Below are positions 1 through 13,469 of a stretch of DNA of 64,000 nucleotides, in pieces. The DNA comes from Ranitomeya imitator (lineage: Eukaryota). The DNA lies in assembly GCF_032444005.1 (NCBI RefSeq), contig NC_091283.1, positions 843,572,001 to 843,636,000 on the forward strand. The letters run 5' to 3'. The notes beneath the pieces are model-generated. The model saw nothing but the letters and a program-made list of their open reading frames with translations. It was not told the DNA's origin and made no database searches. Position numbers and translations under genes: made by a program. The number at the start of each line of letters is the position of its first letter. Position 1 is the stretch's first letter.

Positions 1-401
1 TCAGGAGATTTTTGCTATTTACTTTGAGAGCAGCATAATATAGGGGCAGATTCCCTGATTCCGGTGATGTGTCATTAATTAGACTGTGTGCTATACCTTC
101 AATATAATCAGTGTTTTACCAGCAGGAGATAATCACTACAGGACTAGGTCTCACATGCACAGCAGTCCAGCTAATCCGCGTAACCACGCCCCCACCTCTG
201 ATTGGCTGCACAGTGTACACATGAAGCTGCCAATCAGTTGTGTGGGCTGGGATATACACAGCTCAGCATTCAGAGCACTGCTACATCTACAGCAGAAAAA
301 GCAGGGAATCTATCAAAACTGCAGCAAGCAGCCCAGTAAGTGACACATCGCTGGAATCAAGGTCTCTGCCCCTACGTCATGCTGCTTTCTGATTACATAG
401 C
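1..401. mobile_element. Palindromic MITE (left end outside or at window edge)
   Basis: 27-78 (gagagcagcataatataggggcagattccctgattccggtgatgtgtcatta) is an imperfect reverse complement of 337-392. Non-coding interior. Confidence 0.7.
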
Positions 402-886
402 ATAGCTTTCATTGCTAGATACATATCTACATATAGATATATAGTTTTGTTATGTTCTCCCATCATCATTTTTTTTTCTTATCTTCATTTTTTTCCCATT
501 TTTTGGATGTACTGATGAAGAAAAATTTATAATAATATGATCCTGAGAGCCTAATTCACGGGTATTGCAATTTCAAGTGGTTCATATCTGGTTTATATCA
601 GAGGGGTTTTTGCCACAACATTAGTAACTAGCTGTTGCAGCTGCAGACTGGCATTGATCGGTTAATCTACTCTACTACAGAGATACACAATATAACAAAT
701 GAGGGCAAACACTTTCTTCTGTCCTTCTGGCTGGACAATCATGTATAAATCCCAGCTTTCTATCCTATAAGCAGAGATGTCCAGTACGACCAGTTCATTA
801 TCACGTAGGTTTATGTGGATCGTCTCGACTTTAGCTATGAGGACTCTTTATTTTGGGTTTATCATCTCTTCATAGAGAAAAAGCTG

Positions 887-3230
887 CCCATGTTCTATCC
901 CGTGTATCCCATGTTCTATCCCGTGTATCCCATGTTCTATCCTGTGTATCCCATGCTCTATCCCATTTATCCCATGTTCTATCCTGTGCATCCCATGTTC
1001 TATCCCGTGTATCCCATGTTCTATCCCGTGTATCCCATGTTCTATCCCGTGTATCCTATGTTCTATCCCGTGTATCCCATGTTCTATCCCATGTATCCCA
1101 TGTTCTATCCCGTGTATTCCATGTTCTATCCCGTGTCTCCATGTTCTATCCCGTGTATCCCATGTTCTATCCCGTGTATCCCATGTTCTATCCCGTGTAT
1201 CCCATGTTCTATCCCGTGTATTCCATGTTCTATCTCGTGTCTCCATGTTCTATCCCATTTATCCCATGTTCTATCCTGTGCATCCCATGTTCTATCCCGT
1301 GTATCCCATGTTCTATCCTGTGTATCCCATGTTCTATCCCGTGTATCCTATGTTCTATCCCGTGTATCCCATGTTCTATCCCATGTATCCCATGTTCTAT
1401 CCTGTGTATTCCATGTTCTATCCCGTGTCTCCATGTTCTATCCCGTGTATCCCATGTTCTATCCCGTGTATCCCATGTTCTATCCCGTGTATCCCATGTT
1501 CTATCCCGTGTATCCCATGTTCTATCCCGTGTATCCCATGTTCTATCCCGTGTATCCCATGTTCTATCCCGTGTATCCATGTTCTATCCCGTGTATCCCA
1601 TGTTCTATCCCGTGTATCCCATGTTCTATCCCGTGTATCCCATGTTCTATCCCGTGTATCCATGTTCTATCCCGTGTATCCCATGTTCTATCCTGTCTAT
1701 CCCATGTTCTATCCCGCGTATCCCATGTTCTATCCCATGTATCCCATGTTCTATCCCGTGTATCCCATGTTCTATCCCGTGTATCCCATGTTCTATCCCG
1801 TGTATCGCATGTTCTATCCCATGTATCTCATGTTCTATCCCGTGTATCCCATGTTCTATCCCATGTATCTCATGTTCTATCCCGTGTATCCCATGTTCTA
1901 TCCTGTGTATCCCATGTTCTATCCCGTGTATCCCATGTTCTATCCCGTGTATCCCATGTTCTGTCCCGTGTATCCCATGTTCTATCCCGTGTATCCCATG
2001 TTCTATCCCGTGTATCCCATGTTCTATCCCGTGTATCCCATGTTCTATCCCGTGTATCCATGTTCTATCCCTTGTATCCCATGTTCTATCCCGTGTATCC
2101 CATATTCTATCCCGTGTATCCCATGTTCTATCCCGTGTATCCCATGTTCTATCCCGTGTATCCCATGTTCTATCCCGTGTATCCCATGTTCTATCCCGTG
2201 TATCTCATGTTCTATCCCGTGTATCCCATGTTCTATCTCGTCTATCCCATGTTCTATCCCGTGTATCCCATGTTCTATCCCGTGTATCCCATGTTCTATC
2301 CCGTGTATCCCATGTTCTATCCCGTGTATTTCATGTTCTATCCCGTGTATCCCATGTTCTATCCCGTGTATCCCATGTTCTATCCCGTGTATCCCATGTT
2401 CTATCCCGTGTATCCCATGTTCTATCCCGTGTATCCCATGTTCTATCCCGTGTATCCATATTCTATCCCGTGTATCCCATGTTCTATCCCGTGTATCCCA
2501 TGTTCTATCCCGTGTATCCCATGTTCTATCCCGCGCATCCCATGTTCTATCCCGCGTATCCCATGTTCTATCCCGTGTATCCCATGTTCTATCCCGTGTA
2601 TCCCATGTTCTATCCCGTGTATCCCATGTTCTATCCCGTGTATCCCATGTTCTATCCCGTGTATCCCATGTTCTATCCCGTGTATCCCATGTTCTATCCC
2701 GTGTATCCCATGTTCTATCCCGCGTATCCCATGTTCTATCCCGCGTATCCCATGTTCTATCCCGCGTATCCCATGTTCTATCCCGTGTATCCATGTTCTA
2801 TCCCGTGTATCCCATGTTCTATCCTGTCTATCCCATGTTCTATCCCGCGTATCCCATGTTCTATCCCATGTATCCCATGTTCTATCCCGTGTATCCCATG
2901 TTCTATCCCGTGTATCCCATGTTCTATCCCGTGTATCCCATGTTCTATCCCGTGTATCGCATGTTCTATCCCATGTATCTCATGTTCTATCCCATGTATC
3001 TCATGTTCTATCCCGTGTATCCCATGTTCTATCCTGTGTATCCCATGTTCTATCCCGTGTATCCCATGTTCTATCCCGTGTATCCCATGTTCTGTCCCGT
3101 GTATCCCATGTTCTATCCCGTGTATCCCATGTTCTATCCCGTGTATCCCATGTTCTATCCTGTCTATCCCATGTTCTATCCCGTGTATCCCATGTTCTAT
3201 CCCGTCTATCCCATGTTCTATCCCGCGTGT
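887..3230. repeat. 21-bp minisatellite (CCCATGTTCTATCCCGTGTAT)n, about 110 units
   Basis: Directly visible. It produces the spurious MFYPVYP / CSIPCIP / HVLSRVS ORFs. Confidence 0.98.
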
Positions 3231-3800
3231 ACATGACAAATCACGGCTACACTGACTGGTGCTCCCCATCCAGACCTTCAGTTCCTATGATATTGAATGC
3301 AGAATTGATACAATTGTATCCTTGAAGACACTAATGTTATTAGTAGTTATTATTATTAGTATTAGTGATATTAGGTTTTATCAGCAAATATTCAGATTGG
3401 GTTGGAAATAAGTCATGTTCTGGAAGAAGCGGATGTGTAATGAGCTCCTGCTGCTCAAGGCAATGTAAGCGCTAAAATATGGATGGATGGGGGCAGCCAG
3501 CGAAGGTTGTGGAGCCGCGCGTCCTCCAGCTATTTATCAGAGTTATTGATTGGATTACTATGTATTCAATATTGAGCGGACTGTGTAAACCCAGTAGAGC
3601 AGATATTCACCGACTTTCCATGCAATTGAGATATTTGGACTTTTCTACGCGGCCATGGAGCCATATATTCCAGTGTGTGCACAGATGTGGCAAACATTAC
3701 GGGAACCATACACAAGCTGCACAATTACGGTAGAACGCCACGCGGCTCTGCACTATTTGTGCCGTCTGTCGTTTTGAAAGCCAAGGAGGAATTATACTAA

Positions 3801-4213
3801 GGCTATGTTCACACAGGACTTTTTTGCTGCATTTTTTTATGCTAATTTTCAGCTGCTTTTTTCAGCACCAGCAAAGCCTATGAGATTTCAGAAATCTCAT
3901 GCACACACATTGGTTTTTTGTTTGATCAGTATTTTGTGCTTTGCTGCGTTTTTTTGACATAGAGCATGTCACTTCTTTTCAGCGTTTTTGCTGCGTTTTT
4001 TCACCAATTAACTTGAATGGGTGTTGAAAAAAACGCAGCAAAAAAGCAGGTATCATTATTTGCTGCGTTTTTGCTGTTGAAAATCCAAGGACATTAGCCT
4101 GGAAAAAGAAAAAAAAAACGCACCTAAAAAAAACGCACCAAAAAAACGCACTTAAATTAGCATAAAAAACGCAGCAAAAATACGCAGCAAAAAAGTCCGG
4201 TGTGAACTTACCC
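3801..4213. mobile_element. PIF/Harbinger-type MITE
   Basis: TIR GGCTATGTTCACACAGGACTTTTTTGCTGC vs GCAGCAAAAAAGTCCGGTGTGAACTTACCC. TAA on both sides (3798-3800, 4214-4216). AAAAACGCA-rich interior. Confidence 0.85.
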
Positions 4214-4239
4214 TAAGACTAGGGTAAGACTAGGGTAAG

Positions 4240-4839
4240 ACTGCCTCTGTACAAATCCCTAGTTAGACCGCACATGGAGTACTGTGTCCAGTTTTGGGCA
4301 CCGGTGCTCAGGAAGGATATAATGGAACTAGAGAGAGTACAAAGGAGGGCAACAAAATTAATAAAGGGGATGGGAGAACTACAATACCCAGATAGATTAG
4401 CGAAATTAGGATTATTTAGTCTAGAAAAAAGACGACTGAGGGGCGATCTAATAACCATGTATAAGTATATAAGGGGACAATACAAATATCTCGCTGAGGA
4501 TCTGTTTATACCAAGGAAGGTGACGGGCACAAGGGGGCATTCTTTGCGTCTGGAGGAGAGAAGGTTTTTCCACCAACATAGAAGAGGATTCTTTACTGTT
4601 AGGGCAGTGAGAATCTGGAATTGCTTGCCTGAGGAGGTGGTGATGGCGAACTCAGTCGAGGGGTTCAAGAGAGGCCTGGATGTCTCCCTGGAGCAGAACA
4701 ATATTGTATCATACAATTATTAGGTTCTGTAGAAGGACGTAGATCTGGGTATTTATTATGATGGAATATAGGCTGAACTGGATGGACAAATGTCTTTTTT
4801 CGGCCTTTCTAACTATGTTACTATGTTACTATGTTACTA
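4240..4839 (+). mobile_element. 5'-truncated CR1 LINE (RT C-terminus, 3'UTR, (ACTATGTT)n tail)
   Basis: ORF 4274-4723 (MEYCVQFWAP...WNCLPEEVV) is almost identical to the end of the CR1 ORF2 at 19099-21879. Octamer-repeat tail. Confidence 0.95.
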
Positions 4840-5114
4840 GAGCTATATATGCCGATTTCCAAAAGAAGCCACCTGGGTAAGCTGTACTAAAATTAAAAGG
4901 CGCATTCCTCCTAATCAATCTGGTGCATCTTTGGCTATTTACATGATGCGCACAAACTGACAGCAGATAAATCTGGTCATGTACGCAAAAATCTGGGATG
5001 AGCTATAGTAAATCTGTCAGGTAGGAGAAGCCGCCATTATTCATGCCAAGCCCACTTGTTTTAAGAAATGTGTAAATAAAAGTTATAGTTTTTCTAAATG
5101 TTTTTTAGGACATA

Positions 5115-6216
<1,102 letters not shown>

Positions 6217-6682
6217 TAAAGTAGGCAAAAATAATTTAATAAATCATCCCAAAGCCTATGAATGGCCACGCTGCATTAATAGCATAATAATACTTCTGTA
6301 CAGTGAATATATCTAGATTATTCCTACTTCTGCCATTGAAAAACGGTGCAATCTCATAAGGCCTGTTAGGTACTTAAGTGTTTAAACTTGGTACAGTTCT
6401 GTATCTATGTAGTAAGCTTGATTCTGATGCTGTATCCATGTTGTAACCATGTTTTTTTTTACTGTATATATGCATTAAGCTTGATTCTGTGTCCAAATTG
6501 TAAACTTGTAAACTTGGTTGTGTTTCTGTATGTGTTTAGCTGTGTAGTAAACTCAGTTTATTTAATCCTGGTTATATTCCTGTATCTACGGAATAAGCTT
6601 GTGCTGTGTCTATGTTGTAAACTTTAAAACTTAGTTCTGTTTTTGTATATTTGTAGTAATCTTGGATCTAGTTCTGTATATA

Positions 6683-7885
6683 CAGTGGGGAAAAAAGGTA
6701 CTTAGTCAGCCACCAACTGTGCAAGTTCTCCCACTTAAAAAGATGAGAGAGGCTGTAATTGACATCATAGGTAGACCACAACTATGAGAGTCACAATGAG
6801 AAAACAAATCCAGAAAATCAATCAGAAATTGCCTGATTTGGAAGATTTATTTTGCAAATTATGGTGGAAAATAATTATTTGGTCACCTAAAAACATGCAA
6901 GATTTCTGTCTCTCACAGACCTGTAACTTCTTCTTTAAGAGGCTCCTCTGTCCTCCACTCATTACCTGTAGTAATGGCGCCTGTTTGACCTTGTTATTTG
7001 TATAAGGCTGCTGTCACACTATCAGTATTTGGTCAGTATTTTACATCAGTATTTGTAAGCCAAAACCAGGAGTGGGTGATAAATGCAGAAGTGGTGCAGA
7101 TGTTTCTGTTATACTTTTCCTCTATTTGTTCCACTCCTGGTTTTCGTGACGGCAGCCTAAAAGACACCTGTCCACAACTTCAAACAGTCACACTCCAAAC
7201 TCCATTATGGTGAAGATCAAAGAGCTGTTGAAGGACACCAGAAACAAAATTGTAGCCCTTCACCAGGCTGGGAAGACTGAAACTGCAATAGGCAAGCAGC
7301 TTGGTGTGATGAAATCAACTGTGGGAGCAATAATTAGAAAATGGAAGACATACAAGACCACTGATAATCTCCCTTGATCTGGGGCTCCACGCAAGATCTC
7401 ACCCCATGGGGTCAAAATGATCACAAGAACAGTGAGCAAAAATCCCAGAACCACACGGGGGGACCTAGTGAATGACCTACATAGAGCTGGGACCACCTTA
7501 ACAAAGGCTACCATCAGTAACACACTACGCCACCAGGGATTCAGATCCTGCAGTGCCAGACGTGTCTCCCTGCTTAAGCCAGTACATGTCCAGGCCCATC
7601 TGAAGTTTGCTACAGAGCATTTGGATTATCCAGAAGACTATTGGGAGAATGTCATATGGTCTGATGAAACCAAAGTAGAACTGTTTGGTAGAAACAAAAC
7701 TCGTTGTGTTTGGAGGAGACAGAATGCTGAGCTGCATCCAAATAACACCATACCTACTGTGAAGCATGGTGGTGGCAACATCATGCTTTTGAGCTGTTTC
7801 TCTGCAAAGGGACCAGGACGACTGATCCATGTACATGAAAGAATGAATGGAGCCATGTATCATGAGATTTTGAGTGCAAACCTTT
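6683..7885 (+). mobile_element. Tc1-like transposon, left TIR plus disrupted transposase, right part missing
   Basis: TA-CAGTGGGGAAAAAAG left end. Transposase from ATG 7207 (MVKIKEL) with in-frame TGA near 7375, then WSDETKVELFG and [10 protein letters not shown] motifs. Ends at ...EILSANL. Confidence 0.88.
7006..7157. mobile_element. Small Harbinger-type MITE nested in the Tc1
   Basis: TAA-GGCTGCTGTCAC...GTGACGGCAGCC-TAA; 3-bp TAA duplication. Confidence 0.85.
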
Positions 7886-7959
7886 GATGGCACCTGCAAT
7901 CTTGTGTCTAGCATGTCAAGACAACTTCATAGAGTGCCGTGATGAATTAAACTTTTGCA

Positions 7960-8035
7960 TCGGACCATTTTCTATTTTGCAGTTTTTAAAATGAAAAAAA
8001 TTACTAAATATATATACCATATATATATATATATA

Positions 8036-8086
<51 letters not shown>

Positions 8087-8224
8087 AATTTGTCTAAACT
8101 ATGAAGGAAATGTATCATCTTTATCTTTAGGTCTCTTAGAGATCATATCACCTTTAACTTTCTTAACTATACACAATAACAGTAATTTTGACTAGGGGTG
8201 CACAAACTTTTACATGTCGCTCTA
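7960..8224 (+). mobile_element. Right-end remnant of another Tc1-like element, containing a (TA)n microsatellite
   Basis: Ends in ...TTTTGACTAGGGGTGCACAAACTTTTACATGTCGCTCTA, which resembles a Tc1 TIR. (TA)n at about 8029-8086. Confidence 0.5.
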
Positions 8225-8487
8225 TACCATCTGTGCACAGATCATCTTATATTAGGTATATACTATGTGTGCACAGATCATCTTTATGGCTGCCCTTGTT
8301 ATAAAGCAGCTCATAATATATAGCTGAAAGGCACGTAAGACACGAGTGCGGAGCATCTGCTGCTTTCCCTGTAGGGTTTTGCTATATACTAGTTACACAG
8401 CCGGTGGGCACCATATGCTTCTCTCAGAAGAAATGTCTATTCACTATTTTCCGTTTTTTTGATTAATGAGTTGTCCCAAATAATTGC

Positions 8488-8640
8488 AGACTGTGAGCCC
8501 TCGCGGGCAGCATCCTCCCGCCTTATGTACCCGTGTGCCTTGTTATTTGCTCATGTTTAATGTATTTGTCTATATTTGCCCCGTATTCACATTGACATGG
8601 AATAAATGGCGCTATAAAAATGTATAATAATAATAATAAT
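8488..8640 (+). mobile_element. 3' tail of an L2-like LINE or related SINE
   Basis: GACTGTGAGCCCTCGCGGGCAG...GGCGCTATAAAAATG followed by (TAA)n. Related tails at about 23190-23250 and 63485-63685. Confidence 0.6.
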
Positions 8641-10601
8641 ATTTGGAGAAGAAAATGAGAGTAAACTATTCTGCTAGATGCAAAAATGTGCGTAGCTGTT
8701 CCATTGTTGATGTAGGACAGTTCTGGTTTCGTGAGGGCTCATATGGTGGCACTGACGTCTTGTGATGGTCAACTTCCAGACCATGGTGAGATTAATGCTG
8801 CCACTCACCAGGCAAGTGTACCCTTACCCAGTTACATTACTAATGCTTGAAGGGGTAGCACAATGGCATTTTAAGGAGTCCTCTTTATCATCTCATTCAT
8901 AATCTCAGAACTCGCCAGCAGTCACCCAATGTCGAGAAGGTAACATGAAGCTCTGGGACCACAATGCAGAACAGACCTCCAACCTACCATGTGCTGTTTT
9001 TTAGATTATTTCAATACTATTTGACAATGGAGACATCACACACCCGGTCCTTGATGGACCTGTTACCCCGGCACCCCCTGTGGTTACTCTCCCGTCAGGA
9101 TGTTTTGATCCTTCAGTCTAAGTAGAATGGAAACATCATGAATTGTGTGTAAATGAAGCTTCTCCTGAGCTTCTGTCGACAGCATCAGGAGGTCATCTTG
9201 TGAGGACCGGTTCATTCAAGTGACCCCAATACAAAGACACTTTGCCCCCCAGCATCGATCTCCGGAGAAGTAAAGGTAGAGCCATCCCTTGTGTCCTTCT
9301 ACAATAAAGGCCGATGAATCGTACATGAATCCTGTCCTTGCAAAGAAGAAGCTTTATCTTATCGAAGGTTTTCCAGTCTTTAACCCTTCAGACTCTCCGT
9401 ACAATCAGATTATACAGCAGCTATAGATAAGGGGGAGTAGAAGGGAATATTGGGGAGAACCAAAGTCCAGGAGTGTGGAAAAGAGTAATGACTCCTGATG
9501 ATGAGATATGGGACAATGCAGGAAAACAAGAAAGTTATAATTTATCATCAGCAGGACGACATCTGTAAGGGGGAAATTCAGCTGCGAGTACATAAAAAAG
9601 CTGCAGATTCTATGTTTAGACTCTGATAGAACTTAACATTGGAAACCGCTCTCCCAAAGAAAACGCAGGCATAAGTAACAACCACAAGTACACCAATCAC
9701 TAAATACCAATCAATGAAAATACCAAAATAAAGAATAAAAAATAAACTGTATATATTGATGTCAGTGGCTAGTGTCCTGTGGAAAAAGAAGTGTAAGAAA
9801 CACCAACGTACCAGACGGAAGCAACCACAGCCGATATGGAATAATCCAAGAAGAGCCACCAGACAGGAATAAGGTACAAGAATGTCTTTATTATATTTGA
9901 TTGGCAATTATTAACAATAATAAAAAATCAAAAAATTGTGCGCACAAAGGGACAATATAATTAGTAATTAAAATCAATAAAGAATGGTACAGGCTGACCC
10001 AAAGGAAATATATAGATAAATGTAGAAACAGGTACATACACCCCTAGAAAATCTAAAATCATATGGCCAGAGATTACATATACCTATCATGGATGTTCCA
10101 AAATATGTGCAAATTATAGCAAAGAGTCCTTGATCATAAATGCCAAGATGTGCGTGCAAAACTGCAGTATAAAGTGCTAAAAAAGGAGAAACCTTATATG
10201 AAAAAATAATAAATTAATATGGCATTTGATAAAATGTCATAAGGTGTATAGTGCAAAAAAAGTGCAATGTGGAATATTGTGCAAGGACCGTAGGGGTTGT
10301 AACTAGCACGGAAAAGTGCATAGACCAAACAAATACAGAGTAAATGGCAGTGTATAACTAAATTAAAATGGGTAAAAAAGCGCCAAGAGTGGTCATATGT
10401 AAATAACTGAACGTTTGTACAATGGCATAAGATCTTAATGCTGTCCAAAGACAGGAGAAAGCTGCCACTGCCCGGCCACAGTTTAGCCTAAATACTACAG
10501 CGAGAGCCAAGTGCCAGTATGATAGCACAAAATAGAAGGGGAATGTATGTTATATTTAATATACCTGTAACAATGGGTCAGCCAGGTCCCAGAAAGGCGC
10601 A

Positions 10602-10640
10602 CCCCGACGCGCGTTTCGGATCTCAGTCCTTCGTCAGGGG
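10602..10640 (-). ncRNA. Minimal type I hammerhead ribozyme motif (Penelope-element type)
   Basis: Minus strand reads CCCC-CUGACGA-A-GGA(CUGAGA)UCC-GAAAC-GCGC-GUC-GGGG: intact catalytic boxes, 3-bp stem II, palindromic stem III (ACGCGCGU), GUC cleavage triplet, CCCC/GGGG stem I. Confidence 0.8.
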
Positions 10641-10642
10641 GC

Positions 10643-11917
10643 CTGAGACCTGAGCAGGTACATACTTGGGGCAAGCGCGTTTCAGAGCATGTCTGACAGA
10701 GTTGAGACCTGAGCATGCACGTACATGAGGGGAAGCGCGTTTCAGAGCATGTCTGACAGAGCTGACACCTGAGCGTGCACGTACATGGGGGAAGCGTGTT
10801 TCGGAGCATGTCTGACAGAGTTGAGACCTGAGTGTCCACGTACATGGGGGAAATCGAGTTTCGGAGCATGTCTGACAGAGTTATGACCTGAGCGTGCACG
10901 TACATGGGGGAAGTGCATTTCGGAGCATGTCTGAGAGAGCTGCAAACTGAACATGCACGTACATGGGGGAAGCGTGTTTCAGAGCATGTCTGCCAGAGCT
11001 GAGACCTTAACATGCACGTACATGAGGAGAAGCAAGTTTCGGAGCATGTCTGACAGAGCTAAGACCTTAGCATGCTCGTACATGAGGGGAAGCATGTTTC
11101 AGAGCATGTCTGAGAGAGCTGCAAACTGAACACGCACGTACATGGGGGGAAGCGTGTTTCAGAGCATGTCTGCCAGAGCTGAGAAATTAACATGCACGTA
11201 CATGAGGAGAAGCGCATTTCGGAGCATGTCTGACAGAGCTAAGACCTGAGCATGCTCGTACATGAGGGGAAGCGCGTTTCGGAGCATGTCTGACGGAGCT
11301 GAGACCTTATCATGCACGTACATGGGGGAAGCGCGTTTCAGAGCATGTCTGGCAGAGCTGAGACCTTAGCATGTACATATATGAGAGGAAGCATATTTCA
11401 GAGCATGTCTGCCAGAGCTGAGAACTTAACATGCACGTACATGAGGGGAAGCGCGTTTCGGAGCATGTCTGACAGAGCTGAGACCTAATCATGCTCGTAC
11501 ATGAGGGAAAGGGTGTTTCAGAGCATGTCTGACAGAGCTGAGGCTTGAGCGTGCACGTAAATGGGGGAAATCGTGTTTTGGAGCATGTCTGACAGAGCTG
11601 AGACGTGAGCATGCACATACATGGGGGGAAGCACTTTTCGGAGCATGTCTGACAGAGCTGAGACCTGAGCATGCACATACATGAGGACAAGTGTGTTTCA
11701 GAGCATGTCTGACAGATCTGAGACCTGAGCATGCATGTACATGGGTGAAGCGCATTTTGGAGCATGTCTGACAGAGCTGAGACCTGAGCATGCACGTACA
11801 TGAACAGAAGCGCGTTTCAGAGCATGGCTGACAAAGCAGAGAACTGAGCATCCATGTACATGTGGGAAGCACGTTTTGGAGCATGTCTGACAGATCTGAG
11901 ACCTGAGCATGCATGTA
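10643..11917. repeat. 59-60-bp minisatellite, left block (about 21 units)
   Basis: Unit GAGCATGTCTGACAGAGCTGAGACCTGAGCATGCACGTACATGGGGG(G)AAGCGCGTTTCG. Lines 11341-11701 start in register. Confidence 0.97.
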
Positions 11918-13469
11918 CAGTCATGGACAAAAATTTTGAGAATGAGACAAATATTAATTTTTCCAAAGTCTACTGCTTCATTTTTTCTAATGGCAATTTG
12001 CATATACTCCTGAATGTCAGAGTGATCAGCTTAACAGCAATTACTGTTCTTGCAAAGTCAATATTTGCCCAGAAAATGAACTTTAACCCCCAAAACACAT
12101 TTCAACATCATTGCAGTCCTGCCTTAAAAGGAGCAGCTAACATCATTTTAGTGATTGATCCATTAACACAGGTGTGGGTGTTGATGAGGACAGGGCTGGC
12201 GATCAATCAGTCATGATTAAGTAAGAATGACATCAGTGGACACTGTAAAAGGAGGCTGGTGCTTGGTATCATGGTTTCTCTTCAGCTAACCATGGTTATC
12301 TCTAAAGAAACACATGCAGCCATCATTGCACTGCACAAAAATGGCCTAACAGGGAAGAGTATCGCAGCTACAAAGATTGCACCTTAGTCAACAATCTATC
12401 GCATCATCAAGAACTTCAAGGAGAGAGCTTCCATTGTTGTCAAAAAGGCTCCAGGGCGCCCAAGAAAGACCAGCAAGCGCCAGGACCGTATCTTAAAACT
12501 GTTTCAGCTGCGGGATCGGACTACCAGCAGTGCCGAGCTTGCTCAGGAATGGCAGCAGGCTGGTGGGAGTGCTTCTGCACGCACTGTGAGGCGGAGACTC
12601 TTTGAGCAAGGCCTGGTTTCAAGGAGGGCAGCAAAGAAGCCACTTCTCTCCAGAAAAAACATCAGGGACCGACTGATATTCTGCAAAAGGTACAGGGAGT
12701 GGACTGCTGAGGACTGGGGCAAAGTCATTTTCTCTGATGAATCCCCTTTTCGATTGTTTGGGACATCTGGAAAACAGCTTATTCGGAGAAGAAGAGGTGA
12801 GCGCTCCCACCAGTCTTGTCTCATGCCAACTGTAAAGCATCCTGAAACCATTCATGTGTGGGGTTGCTTCTCAGCCAAGGGAATCGGCCTAAAATCACAG
12901 CCATGAATAAAGAATGGTACCAGAATGTCCTCCAAGAGCAACTTCTCCCAACCGTCCAAGAGCAGTTTGGTGCCCAACAATGCCTTTTCCAGCATGATGG
13001 AGCACCTTGCCATAAAGCAAAGGTGATAACTAAATGGCTCATGGAACAAAACATAGAGATTTTGGGTCCATGGCCTGGAAACTCCCCAGATCTTAATCCC
13101 ATTGAGAACTTGTGGTCAATCATCAAGAGACGGGTGGACAAACAAAGACCAACAAATTCTGGCAAAATGCAAGCATTGATTATGCAAGAATGGACTGCTA
13201 TCAGTCAGGATTTGGTCCAGAAGTTGATTGAGAGCATGCCAGGGAGAATTGCAGAGGTCTTGAAGAAGAGGGGTCAACACTGCAAATATTGACTTGCTGC
13301 ATTAACTCATTCTAACTGCCAATATAACCTATTGGTGCTCATAATATGATTGCAATTATATTTCTGTACGTGATATAAACATCAGACAAACACTAATAAA
13401 AACCAGAGGGCAGCAGATCATGTGAAAATAAAATTTTTGTGTCATTCTCAAAACTTTTGGCCATGACTG
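11918..13469 (+). mobile_element. Near-full-length Tc1/mariner transposon with DD35E triad spacing (Traveler-like), disrupted
   Basis: TA duplication (11916-17, 13470-71). About 29-bp TIR CAGTCATGG(A/C)CAAAA(A/G)TTTTGAGAATGA. Inserted into the 60-bp satellite. Confidence 0.93.
12292..13292 (+). pseudogene. Tc1-type transposase pseudogene
   Basis: MVISKETHAAII... with an early TAG and a frameshifting deletion near 12890. Motifs [26 protein letters not shown]. 35 residues between the second D and the E. Confidence 0.9.

Noticed and set aside
815-3325. Long ORFs of 663-836 aa
   Set aside because: Translations of a 21-bp repeat with no stop codon in any frame; no domain content.
8660-9560. Possible Penelope or L1 coding remnant
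   Set aside because: Manual translation of sampled stretches gave no convincing RT, GIY-YIG or APE motif; left unannotated pending a translated profile search.
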